Source of the DNA: Gracilinanus agilis
Lineage: Eukaryota
Direction of reading: 5' to 3'
NCBI RefSeq assembly: GCF_016433145.1
Contig: NC_058130.1
Span: 167,159,972-167,223,971 of the forward strand
Length of the DNA: 64,000 nucleotides
Shown here one piece after another: positions 24,830 to 36,939 of the stretch. The notes under the pieces are model-generated. The model worked only from the letters and a program-made list of their open reading frames with translations. It was not told the DNA's origin and made no database searches. Position 1 is the first letter of the stretch; every line of letters starts with the position of its first letter. Made by a program: the position numbers and the translations under genes.

Positions 24830-24938
24830 GTATCACAGCAACCCACACCGACGGGATGTAGGCAGGTGCAGTGGAAACAGTCGCTTCGGAGCCAGGATTC
24901 ACCCAGGGTAAAATATTTTCCCTCATAGTAACAGGGGG
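24830..24938 (-). CDS. MSMP: MSMP coding exon 2
   Basis: cctcag|CC ... AC|gtaagt; [37 protein letters not shown], the beta-microseminoprotein-family cysteine pattern. Confidence 0.96.
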
Positions 24939-25212
24939 CTGAGGAGGAATGAGAAAGGTTAGCAAGGATGGGATGATTTATAAGAACTTTGACTTGAGGT
25001 GGGAGAATAAAGAACAACATTAGTCTGCAATTTTGTGGGGAGCCGAGGGGAATTTGTAAATCAAGTGTATCCTGGGCAGGGAGAGGGATGGGTAAGAAGG
25101 AAAAAAGCATCTTTCTATAAATAAGTATAGTGGTAAAAATGGGGCTCAGATAAATTTCCCTTAAGCCTCCCAGTTTCTTCTGTTTCCCTGCTCTCCCTTC
25201 TTCCATTTTTAC

Positions 25213-25339
25213 CTTGAGCTTGGAAGTAGCATTTGCTGTGAGCTCCTTGCAGTTGCAAGAGGAGTGAAATCATCAAACAGATGGTTCCCCAGCTTCTTGG
25301 GGTCCCCCTAGTCCTTTTAGCCCACTGCCTCAGGGCCAT
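25213..25339 (-). CDS. MSMP: MSMP (microseminoprotein, prostate-associated) coding exon 1 with signal peptide
   Basis: [42 protein letters not shown]; G|gtaaaa. The spliced CDS is 417 nt (138 aa). Confidence 0.94.
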
Positions 25340-25490
25340 TCTTGCAGGGCTAATTTCGAAGATCTGCTTTGCTCTTTCTCTGAACCTCTGTCTTGTCTCT
25401 TCTACTTTTCTGTCTCCCCTCTTAGTCTGTCTCCCCTGGGCTCTTGTCTCACACCATTCTATGCCCTCTGCTCTTGCAGGCATGGGGATG

Positions 25491-25498
25491 TTTATAAA
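25491..25498 (-). promoter_or_regulatory. Putative MSMP TATA box
   Basis: TTTATAAA about 150 nt upstream of the MSMP ATG. Confidence 0.5.
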
Positions 25499-27262
25499 GT
25501 GAGGACCCTGGCCCCCTGCTGAGGAGAGCTGGAAAAGCTGTAACTTGCTGTTTCCTGGGGTGAGGGCATGAAAACAAGAGGTCCAGCTTTAACAAGCTGT
25601 GAGAGCTGATTCATGTCCCAGCACAGCTTGGGAGGGGTGGGGGTTGGTGGACATGGAAGGGGCACTGGCCTGGGCACTTCACCAGTAAAGAGAAGTGGGA
25701 GGGGTGGTGGACTGCTAGGTGGTCCCCAGATCGTTTCCCTGACCTAGGGAGGAGGGAGCATTTTTTCCTTTTCTGTTCCCTCCTTCCCCCAAAGGGGGAG
25801 GGTATAGGGTATTGGGATTCCTGCCTGGACCGGAGGGAGGCATTTCCTGGGGACGGTTAGTTCTGTGTCCTAGCCAAACCAAGGAGCTGCAGTGGGGCGC
25901 GACGGCCAGAGGCTCCAGGAAAGGGAACTAACATTGCTTTTGCTACCTGGAGTGAAGAAGGATTCCCACCCCCTCCAGAGAGTAGTCTGAAATTGCCCCA
26001 GAGATGGATTTGTCACCGTCCGGTGGAACTGTTATCCTTTTCACATATCCTTCAATCTTCTCTTCCATTTCTCCCCCCACCCCCCCCTTTAAGGATCCCC
26101 ATTCCCCATTTTAAGTCTGCTAGAGATGGATCGACTTTTCTCTTCACAGGTGGAACCTTCACATTCCCCTACACACGGGGGAAGGCTCTCAGTTGTCCTT
26201 AGATGAGCTTGAGGTTTCCCCTCAGAGGTAGGGAATATTTATATCATCTCAGAGATGGATTTTTCTCAACCAGATGTTTCAAAGATGTTGTTCCAACCCT
26301 TCTAACATAAGCTAGCCTCCCTTTCAAACCTGGTGGGAGTTGTACTAAGCTATGATGGACAGATGTACTCAGTGCAGAACGTGGACAAAAAAGACTCACT
26401 TCATACCTTCTAGGCTGGGCTAGAAGCTCTGAAGGTCTTGAGAACAAGGGAAGTAAAGCTTCAAGGTGTGTCCACTCTCTTGGGGTTTTGCATGTGCCTT
26501 ATTAGACCTCTTAGAGGCCTTCTGCTCAAAGTGCAAGAAGACTGGGAGTCACCAAAGACTGTTGCTTGTAAGTTGGATCATATGTAGAAGACACTGCTCA
26601 AGTAGGAGATCTACAGTCCTGGAGCCTACCACTTTCCAACCTTTAAACAGAAGGGGCTACTCCATGCCATTCCCTTGGCTCTAGCTGGCTTTTGGCAGGC
26701 TTTGCCCTCCTGTGCTTCACGTTAGTTATTTCCTTCATATCACTTATATTACTTGTTCTTTCTACCCCATGTCTCCAATATGTCCTATTTTTTATCCATT
26801 TGCCATCACAGAATTCCTTAAGGTGGGTAGTGGAGCCATTATTGGATAAAGGAAAGAACACCGAATTTGGAGGCAGAGCATCTGACTTTTGAGTCCCAGC
26901 TATATTGCTAGTTGTGCGACCATGTGGTTCTATGGATTTCAGTTCCCTTCTAGAAGATGGGGGTGGGGGGAGCAGATAAATCTGTAATGTCCCAGCACTG
27001 ACATAATCCTATGCTACCACTATTAAGTTTATATTCTGGAGCTGGCCTCACCTTGACTTATTTTAAACCCTTACCTTTCACTTAGAATCAATACTGTATA
27101 TTTCAAGGCAGAATTGTGATAAGGGCTTGGGAATTAAGGGACTTACCTTATGTCACACAGCTAGGAAGGGTCTGAGGTCACATTTGAACCCAGGATCTCC
27201 TGCCTGTAGACCTGGCTCAAAATCTACTGAGCCACTTAGCCGCCTCCTCCCCCTCAATTCTT

Positions 27263-27459
27263 TTTTTTTTTTTTTTAATTTTTTAAACCCTTAACTTCTG
27301 TGTATTGACTTATAGGTGGAAGAGTGGTAAGGGTAGGCAATGGGGGTCGAGTGACTTGCCCAGGGTCACACAGCTGGGAAGTGTCTGAGGCCGGATTTGA
27401 ACCTAGGACCTCCCGTCTCCAGGTTTGGCTCTCAATCCACTGAGCTACCCAGCTGCCCC
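27263..27459 (-). mobile_element. Young opossum CORE-SINE next to an older SINE (27060-27245)
   Basis: 17-bp TSD CCTCCCCCTCAATTCTT at 27246-27262 and 27460-27476. Confidence 0.9.
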
Positions 27460-28649
27460 CCTCCCCCTCAATTCTTAAGGGAAAGGTTGGTGTAGTCTGA
27501 ACCTCTCCCTATTCTCTGTAACTCGAGCTTTCCAATCCCAAACTTCAAGACAAAAGGAGGTACACTTTTCTCTCTAGTGGACTTTTAATATTCCACTCTT
27601 GTTTTTAAATTCTGCTTGATTAACTTTTTCTTTGTTCGAACCAGTTCTGGATTAAATGTTTCACTGACTCCTAAATTCCCATCTCCAGACTCCACTCTTC
27701 CTACTTGCAACCTTGTCCCATGTTCATTCTTTCAAATATTACTGCCAAAATTGAAGGGTTCCTCACTCATATCTGGTCTCAAAACAGTAAAACTATTCTG
27801 TGATTGCCCATTTGCCCCATCTCTTCCCCTCCTACAAATCACCTGACACTCCTTGTCCTAAAACACCTTTCCCTAGTTACTGAGCATGGCTCTGGAGGTG
27901 GAATTTTAAAGAAACCCTCCACTTGCACCTCTAACAAATTCCTCTCATTTCCTGACCACCATATCCACCCTTCCCCCAATCTTGTCAGCCTTCTCCCCAG
28001 ATTCCAAGTTCTCTCCTCCAGGAAAAGGGAACTCCCTATCTCTGCACAGAAGAAAGTTAAAAAAAAAAGATGTCCAGAGGGTGCTGGGTACCAACCTGCA
28101 GGGGTCTGCCGTGGGGCCCCGAAAGCAGTGAGTGAATCTAGTTGGTGGACATCGGCAATCCTACTGACCACCACCTGTGACTGGTAGTCTGAGGGATCTC
28201 TGGAGCTTGGAGACTGGCTAGGTGATCGCTGGCTACCAGCTAGTACAGCTTGCAGTCTGGGGAAGTGGGGAGAACCTTAAGACTTGGCAGAGATTTGTCT
28301 AGGGTGAGCCTGGAGGTCTTGGGTTCTTGCTGGCCTGTAGAAGCAGATGTTAGCCGTTGGACCTCCTCTGCAGTTGGGGTGGGCTTGACATTTGTTGATA
28401 TGGAGGGATGGGAGTAAGAATTGTAGGGACCTCCTATGCCAGAGGATTTGGCATCTGCATTCTAAGAGAGGTTTGGCAGTTGACTCTTATTGGGGTGGTG
28501 GTGGTACTAGGGCCTCCTAACAGGCTGAGCGTGTGTTGTGTTCCAGGTTGTGACTTGAGGTAGGGAGGTAGAGTTTGGGGCTGGCTGCGTGCATGGAGCC
28601 GGGGAAAAGAGGGGCAGTGTGGCGTCTTAGGTATCTACAGTTAGGAGTC

Positions 28650-29220
28650 GGGTTCAGAAGAATGGCTAAAAGGGCTGCGCTGTGTACCCGAAAAAAACGT
28701 TAGTCAGGGTAGGGGCTGTGGGCGTGCGTTATAGGGCCTAGGTTGGGGTGGGGGGCGGCTTTGGCGCGCGCTCGTATCCGTGGTGCAGGAGGGAGGGGTG
28801 GGAGTGTGAGCTGGCGGTTGGCGCGCGCGGAGCTTATCCTCCGTGGTGGGGGCTGGGCCGGGGTTGGGGTGAGCTGGTGGTTGGCGCGCGGTGCTTGTCC
28901 TCGGTGCTGAGGGGTGGGGGTGAGCTGGCGGTTGGCGCGCGCCGGCCCCGCGGGGACCAGGAAAACATCCGCCGGAGGCCGGGCCGGGCTGGGCGGTGAT
29001 CCAGGAATCCGGGGCAGGTGCGCGGCTGCTGAGGAAGTGAGCACATTCCGGCCCCCTGGCCTGCAGGCAGGCGGGTCGGCCCTCCGGGTGAGTCACCCCC
29101 GGACCCCCGGCCTGCCGCACAGCCAGTGGGCCGGATAGGCGGGGAGCCTAGCTGAGGGAGTGGGGAAAGAGGCCAGGTAGAGACGGGGCGGGTGGGGCTC
29201 GGGGCACCCAGATTTCCCTT
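28650..29220 (+). promoter_or_regulatory. Orphan CpG island or promoter between MSMP and the NPR2 region
   Basis: Dense CpGs in otherwise CpG-depleted DNA; four TTGGCGCGCG copies; ETS-like GGAAGT and TTCCGG; CGG|GTGAGT donor after 29087. Confidence 0.8.
28741..28945 (+). repeat. GC-rich minisatellite (~51-63-bp unit, 4 copies)
   Basis: TTGGCGCGCG at 28761, 28818, 28881 and 28932; GTGAGCTGG(C/T)GG precedes three of them. Confidence 0.85.
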
Positions 29221-32200
29221 GCGGACCTACCCTGTGCAATTACAATTCACCTCTGTGCCTCGGACATACCATTTTAGAAATTAAGCGTTTTAAAATGTTT
29301 TCTTTATGCCCAAGACTTCGGGCGGGGGCAAAGGGGGTGCCAGACTGGCTGCTTTGTATTTGCACAGCACTTGCTTGTCTGCCGAGCTTTGTTTGAAATC
29401 TCTTTAAGATCCCCACTTGGGTGGTGGGGTAGGCAGGTGCTTTTATCCCATTATAGTGATGAGTAAGCTGAGGCACGATGCTGGAATGTGAATGGCTCAA
29501 GGGGAGAACTTGTTTTCCTAGTTTCTAAACGGTGTCCTTTTAATTTTTTAAAAAACTATTGCCTACCTCCCCTCTTCATCACCTCCTTCCATCCTGCCCT
29601 CAAGGAGTTTATGATGTAATTGGAGCAATAGTCAACAAGTATTTATTTCATACCTGCCATGAGACAAGAAACAGGTATTTCCCTGACCTGTCTGTGAACA
29701 GACTCAGTCTGTGAACCTGCCTACATGATGAATAATGACTTGGGAATGGCTGGCCAAGGAGCCCTAATAGTTCCCGGCCTTCTTAGCTGCCTTTGCTTAA
29801 GCATTTCTCTCTGGTCTCTTCATCCTGTGTTTCATTTCACCTCAGTTTCAGCATAGGGTCTTGGGTGGCAAGCTAATAGGATTAGGCCTGTGTTCTCTTC
29901 CCCTGCCCCTCCTCAGTTCTGCCTCCATTTTATTGACCACTTCTATTTAAAGATCCTAGGAAACTAAGGAATCTGCCTGTAATTTTGAAATGTTTTTAGA
30001 GTTAACATAGGATTTTGCTTACAGAAATTGTATGAGATGTAGTAAGTACCATATAGATGTTATCCCACATGTTGCTGGTGGAAAACAAAAGCTTCTAGTG
30101 TTTAAATGATTTGCACAGTCACAGGTCAGCTAGTATACCAGCTGAGATTGAATCTAGGCCCCTTCTAACTTCACATTAGATGCTCTTTCTGGTTATACCA
30201 TTTTGCATTTAGTTTTTTGTTGAAGGCAAAGATCACTCCTCACTTTTCCTTTTTACTAACACTAAAGCTGTTAAAATACCTCAGAGAAGTGATATGATGG
30301 CTTCAGAATAGGTCTTGAAAAAGCTGTTGCAATACATTCTGGGGGACTGTTTTTCATAGATCTTTGTGAACTTTTTGGAAGCAGGGACTGCCTTTTGCTT
30401 CTTTGTATTCCTAGCACTAGTAGCTGGGTCTCTAGGTAGACAGAGCCTTGGGTCCGGAGTCAGAAAGACCTGAGTTCAAATGTGGCCACAGACACTTCCT
30501 AGCTTTGTTACCCTGGGCAAGTCACAACCCTGTCTTAAGAGTTGTCATTAAGAAAGTAAGGGTTAAAACAAAACAAAACATGGACAGTATTGGCATGTTA
30601 TGGTCATGAGTGAGACATGACTGAACAACGTTCTCAACACTGTCTGGTATATAACAGGCAATTAATAAATGCTTATCGATGGGTTGACTGAATAGAGAAA
30701 TTCTGTTTGGAAGTAGGCCAGAGATTTTCTCTTTAGAGCTCTTAGGGGAAAAAAAAGGTAGTAACAGACTAAAAAAGTATCTCAGACAAAAAAGTATCTC
30801 TAAGGATTTATAGCAGCTCTACGCCACATCCTTTAGAAGCCTTTACCTGACTTGCCCTTATGTTGGAACTCCAGCTTGAATGCCTTATCAATGTATTTGG
30901 AGAATTGCATATATATGCTGGGGATATTGTGGTGAAATTATGTATTGAGGAAGAGTAAGTTTTAACCTTGGGTTGATAGAGGTGGGGACAAGTTATAGAA
31001 AGCTTTCATTATTAGGATGACAAGTTCTGACATGATCTCTTTTACAGTGAGTAGCAATTATAGGTCTTTGAGCAAATGAGCATCATAGTGATACATAGTT
31101 ATTGTGAGATAAGGTAGCCCCACTTGCCAGTGAATCATTGATTTTTTTAAAATTTTTGTCTTTGTATCCCAAGTGCCTGATACATAGTAGATGCTTAATA
31201 AATGTTCTTTTTGTTGTTTTTGAGTTTGTTCTTTTTGAGTGAGTTTGTTAGATTTTTATTTGATTAATCTGGTAATTTTGATTTAGCTCAGTTTGCATAT
31301 TGTACATTTATTGTTATTCAATTGTTTTTCAGTCATGCCTTATTATTTAGGATTCTATTTGGGGTTTTCTTGGTAGATACTGGAATAGTTTGTCATTTTC
31401 TTTTCCAGCTCATTTTACAGGTGAGGGAACTAAGGCAAACAAAGGTAAATGACTTGCCCTGGGTCACATAGCTAGTAAGTGTCTGAGACCAGCTTTGAAC
31501 CCAGAAAGATCAGTCTTTCTGACTCCAGGCCAAACATTCTATCCACTGTACCATCTAGCTGTTATGTACATTTATCAAGTTATAAATGTGATTTTGTTAA
31601 ATGTTAAAAATATAACGTATGCTTTTATAGGAATTGATGTAAAACAAAAAATGCTTGACAGCTAACTAGATCCCTAGAAGAGACCCAGCCCCTGTGTGAC
31701 CCAACTGAGGCCATTGACTATTGCTGATCTTCATGGGTCAAAGAAATTTCTTTGCTGAGAACTGATGAAATCACAGACCCATTCCCTTATACACATATCC
31801 AAAAAATTTTTAATCTTGCATAATTTGTTATTTTCTCTTAACACTGACACATATGTGACTTTTAGATTTCTGCTTTTAAAAAAATCAGCAAAATCTATTT
31901 GAGATAATAAGTACCATGATGGCTAATTGATAGCTCTAAAACGCCTTTTTCCACTTAGATTTTTTTCTATTTTGACAATAATATATATTTTAAAGCTCAG
32001 ATTTTAATGACTGTTCTTTGCTTACTAAATCTTACTACTGTCTGGCTTAAAACAAGAACATTCTAACCAGTTTACGTTTAATTCCAATATTCTCTTTTAT
32101 TCTGGATCTGTTGTTTTTCTGTCTTGCTGTTTCATTCAGCCTATATTAGTAACTATGTCTCACACCCTTTATCCTTTGCTTTCATTCCTGTTCTGCTCTG

Positions 32201-34799
32201 TTGGGCACTTTTAGAGGAAAACTTCACATTGACTTACTCTACTATAAATTCTTTCTTTCCTCAATTCTACTCTTTTCCTTGCCAGCAAACACCACTCCTC
32301 CTCCTTTGTTTATTCTCTAGCCCACAACTGTTTCTGGCTCATCACTTACCTTTTAACTCTTTTTAAACTCCTCTTCATTCTATTTTTTTAGTTCACAATC
32401 TTGCTTAAAAAATTAATGTTCTTATGCTTTTTTATTTCTGTAACCTTCTTTAATCAACTCCACTTCTGCTGTATGTTACCTCTTCCTCATCCTTCCCTAC
32501 TTGAAACAGTTATGTTCAGTTTTATAAACCCTTGAATCATATCTTCTCATATCTTCAAGTTCTCGGCCTTTTCCACTTTCATTGCTTTGTAAGGTAGCAT
32601 TTTTATAGTGCATAGAACATTGAAGCTACAACACCTGAAGTGTGTTTATGGTTTTACCATTAATGAACTGCCTAACTCCAGGCAAGTTTCTTCTCACTTG
32701 GATTATAGTTTCTGATCTGTAATGTGACTGGATTGATAGGAATACAAAGTAATAAAAACTGGGATAGCTAGCCCCTATTTTGTAGGCTTTTAGCAAATCG
32801 GGTAATTCATTACCTTCAAGGGTTACCCAAACCCTGTTAAAAAAAAATCAATGAAGTGGTTCCCCATATCTCTTTGGAGAACTAATTAATAGTGATTGAA
32901 ATGCCTGGTCACTCACTAACCAAAGGGATGGCCTATGAAATGAAAACTCAAATTTTAGCCCTTTTTTCAAAGTATTAATGAAGTTATTTTTCAAATCTAT
33001 TATGAGAATTATGGTCTAATTAATCATTTGTAGAGTTAATTAATAATGATTTCAGTGCTTGGTCATTATAGATATGGCTTGTTAATTGAAAACTGATAGT
33101 AATTATTTTTAGGAGTGAGTAGGAATGACAGCTGGCGAAGACTTGGAAGAGCAAAAATTAGGTATCATTGTTCCTTTATTTTACTTTTTTTTAATTACAT
33201 AAACCTATATTAGACTTTAAGATTTCTCATGGGCAGAATGTTTGGGTGTCTTGTGTCCCCAGCACTTACCATGTCTTTAAGATTAATATTTTAGCTCCCA
33301 AATCCTATGAATGTATGTGATTAATTTTTCTTACCTTTGACACTCCCTACTTGAAACTTGCTTTTGACACTGCCTTGGTTGTGAGGATATGACTCTGATT
33401 ACTCCTAATCTGTCTCTTTTCCTCATCACTAAATATAGGTATTTTTCAAAGGTTTGTCCCTAGTCCTTTGTTTTCACTTTATATATGTTCTTGGCAGTCT
33501 CATCCACTTCCTTGACTTCAGCTATTACCTCTTTTCTTATGTCTATCAAATCTCTATCTCTAGTTCCATACTTTCCCCGACTTAGTCTAGATCTATGATT
33601 TCATTGGTGTAGGGGATTCCTAGCTAGGAAACTCCCTTTATAAATACAGCTCTGCAAGAGCTTAAATGCCTTGTCTTGGATCACAGAGACAGAATGTAGC
33701 AGAGAAGTACTTGAATCCAAGTTCTCTTGATTCTGAAGCCAACATTTTATTCTGTTTTTTTTCCCTTGAGCTCTAGCCCCACATTTTTAACTGCCTGTTA
33801 AAAATCACTATTGATAACTTGTCAACAATACAAATGTAAGAAACAAACTCTTCATCCTGAATTCCCTAGTTCTCGTAATGGCATGTCCGTTTTGCCATGT
33901 ATCAAGCTTGGTTTTCAATCTCATCAGTCAGGAAGACCTTTTTATTCTCCTTCCCTCCTTTCTCAAATTTTATTCAAACTTTTGTGTTCCTTCAATCTGC
34001 ACCCCTTCTTACTTTTTATTTGGACTTTGGGAATAGTTTCCTTGCATCTCCTCACTTCTAACTTCTTTCCAGTTTATCCTATATGCTGCTGCCAGTGAAG
34101 TACAGTTCGGGGAATGCTATTCCCCTGGTTAAAAACCTTCATTGCTCCCCATTGTCTACAGAATAAAGTCAAAGATATTTAGTGGGTAATTCAGGGCACT
34201 GCATGCTAAATCTCCAAACTTACCTTTTGATCTTAGTTTCTTTTTTCTTCCCCTTCATCCTTTGTTGCTGCCAATCTAGATCATTCACTGGCCATTCCTT
34301 AAATATGATCCCTATAATCCCACTTCCTGCCTCTGCTTTTGTTTAATCTTTTCCTGTATTTATTTATTTGTTTGTTTGTTTTTGAGCCCTTAACTTCTGT
34401 GTATTGGTTCCTTGGTGGAAGAGTGGTAAGGGTGGGCAATGGGGGTCAAGTGACTTGTCCAGGGTCACACAGCTGGGAAGTGTCTGAGGCCAGATTTGAA
34501 CCTAGGACCTCCTGTCTACTTTTCCCGTATTTATAATTATCTCCTTCCATTTCCCTGTTTCCTGTAGTAGATTTGTCTTTGTTTCCATGTGGCAATTCTC
34601 CCCCTCTCCCCTCCCCTATCTACCTTCTTCTACAGTCAAGGGTCTAGCCAATAGTCTTCAAGAATCAGTTCAGTGCTTAGGTCCAAGCCCAGTTAAACCT
34701 CTTCTCCAATTGCAGGCCTAGTTCAGCCATCTCCATGAAGATTTTTTAGTTTCCTTTTAGCCCAAAGTAATCTTTCCTTCTTCTGAATGAAGTTGCATT

Positions 34800-34831
<32 letters not shown>

Positions 34832-36939
34832 TTGTGGGAACTATTTCTGTATATATTGTAGAAAGTTATTTGCATTCATGGCATCATTTCAACCATATAC
34901 ACAATGAACTTTGAGAAGCAGAGACTGTAGCTTATTAATTTTTATCTTCCTCTAGTCTCAGCACAGTGTCTTGGGTATAGAAGGCACTCAAAATTTTAAG
35001 TTAGAAGGAAGCTTTTTTTTAAATTAATACCTTCTTCAATATCTTCTCTTCATATCTAATGCTATAAGCTCCTTGAAGGGAGGGACTGATTGTCTTTTGC
35101 CCTTTTTTTGTATTCCCTAGCACTTAGCATAGTGTCTGGCACATAATAGGTGTTTAATAAATGCTTATTGATTTATTCCAAGATCTTTAACCTTGTCATA
35201 ATGCAGATACAGATGCAGGTATGGTTAACAGAAATAATTAAGTTACAGTATGAATAGTGTACATATGCAGTATATGTATAACATATATGTGTGTGTATTG
35301 CAAATATGAAGATAGAAGTACATATTAGAATTTAAATGCAAGACTAAATTCATACCTGGGATAAAGATCTGGGAGAAGTCATGGAAATACCCTGTCTATA
35401 GTGAACAAGAGTAAGAGGAAAGAGTTCTTCAAGATAGCTTGAGAGCATTTATGAAGGAGCTAAAGTTTAAGAATTGGGAGAGGTGACTTAGTGGGGAAGG
35501 AAAATGATTGTAGGGGGTTAGTTGGAACAAACTCCAAGGTCTCTGCCAACTCTAAAATTCTATGAAAAATGGGAAGATGTTCTAAGAATATAAGAATTGC
35601 TATACTGTGTTAGACCTAGGAGTCTGTTTACATTAGGGTCATGTAAGGATAGTCCTGGTTTTTCCCCGTGATATCATCTAAAGAGATTAGGAAGATATCC
35701 CCAAACATCTTAATTTTCTTTATTCAATCTTTGTCAACTTTGCATTTCTGTCTTCAAAACTACTGAAGCTGCCTGTATCACATCTCTTCTGATGACTTTG
35801 AATTCTAAAATACTCTGCTAATTTTTGATGACTACAAAGCACTCTACAGATTTAGTAAATCTTAAAAATAATCATCATCTTTGAGTCTGGATTTTTCTAG
35901 GGTTGGATGATTCTGGCATTTTTCATAAACCTCTATAGTTTGACATAGGGCTGTGCGTGGATCACTGTTGGGGGCAGAATGTTTTCCTGTGAAGGAATTT
36001 GGGCTTTCTGTTTAAAATGAGATGTTTATCACCCTCATTTTTTAACGATTTAGCTACTACTAAGCATTACATTTTTCTGTTTCTATTTACCTTTCTTATC
36101 TATCTTATTCTATAGCCAAGGTTCACTGTCTCCCTCAGGCATAGCTTGAGTCTTTAGGAACTGCTCCCCATCTCTTTGCCCTAGGCATGACCCTGCAATG
36201 GCATAGTTGCTTCATTACCCACATTTTTCCCTACGAGTCTTCCCCCTGCTTCAGTTTTGCTTCCGCTCTTGGCACTATGATGCCAACACAAATAGGGAGG
36301 CCACAGGTTACCAGGACAACCAGAGCACAGGAAACCGTAAAGGTTCAGGGCTCCCACAGGCATCACAGACTGTGGCTCAATTGCCTTGATTTCTCCCCAG
36401 GGAGTCAGCCCCACCTCTCATCTACCTACCTCCTTCCCCTAAACTGCCCAGTAGCCCTTGTCTGAGGCACAAGTATGTGTTCAGGACTGGCGGATACCCA
36501 GGCCTAAGCAAAGACCTGGGTCTTCTTCATCTTCCACAGATCCTGATTTCTCTGCACTGGAAATACGGAATGATTTGGAGTGAGATAGGAGACATTGTAG
36601 ATAGTCTCCAGAGTTCTTAGTGAGCAGAGATCCACTTCTAACTTTTTCATTTGTCTGTTTGGTGATAGATGTTGATTGGAATAAAAACATTAAGCTCCCT
36701 TCGTATTTATCTTACAGTTTTTGATTCATAATCATTTATGTTTATTTAATTGGCTTGGATCAGTAGGATCATAGGATTGTAGATTTAGAATGGAAAAGGG
36801 ACCTTTGGAGCCATGTGGTCCAACTCTTTCATTTTATGGATGTAGAACTGAGTTACAAGGACACTCAGTAAGAAGCAGAATTAGGATTCAAACCCAAGGC
36901 CTCTGTAAATCTACTGCTCTTTCTACTTGACACCTCATT

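Noticed and set aside
25340-25483. In-frame upstream ATG extending MSMP by 48 codons (ORF 25115-25483)
   Set aside because: It lies only about 8 nt below the TATA box, so it is upstream of the expected TSS. The ATG at 25339 matches the human start and signal peptide.
28700-29138. Pro/Arg-rich repetitive ORFs in the orphan CpG island
   Set aside because: They simply translate the GC-rich minisatellite.
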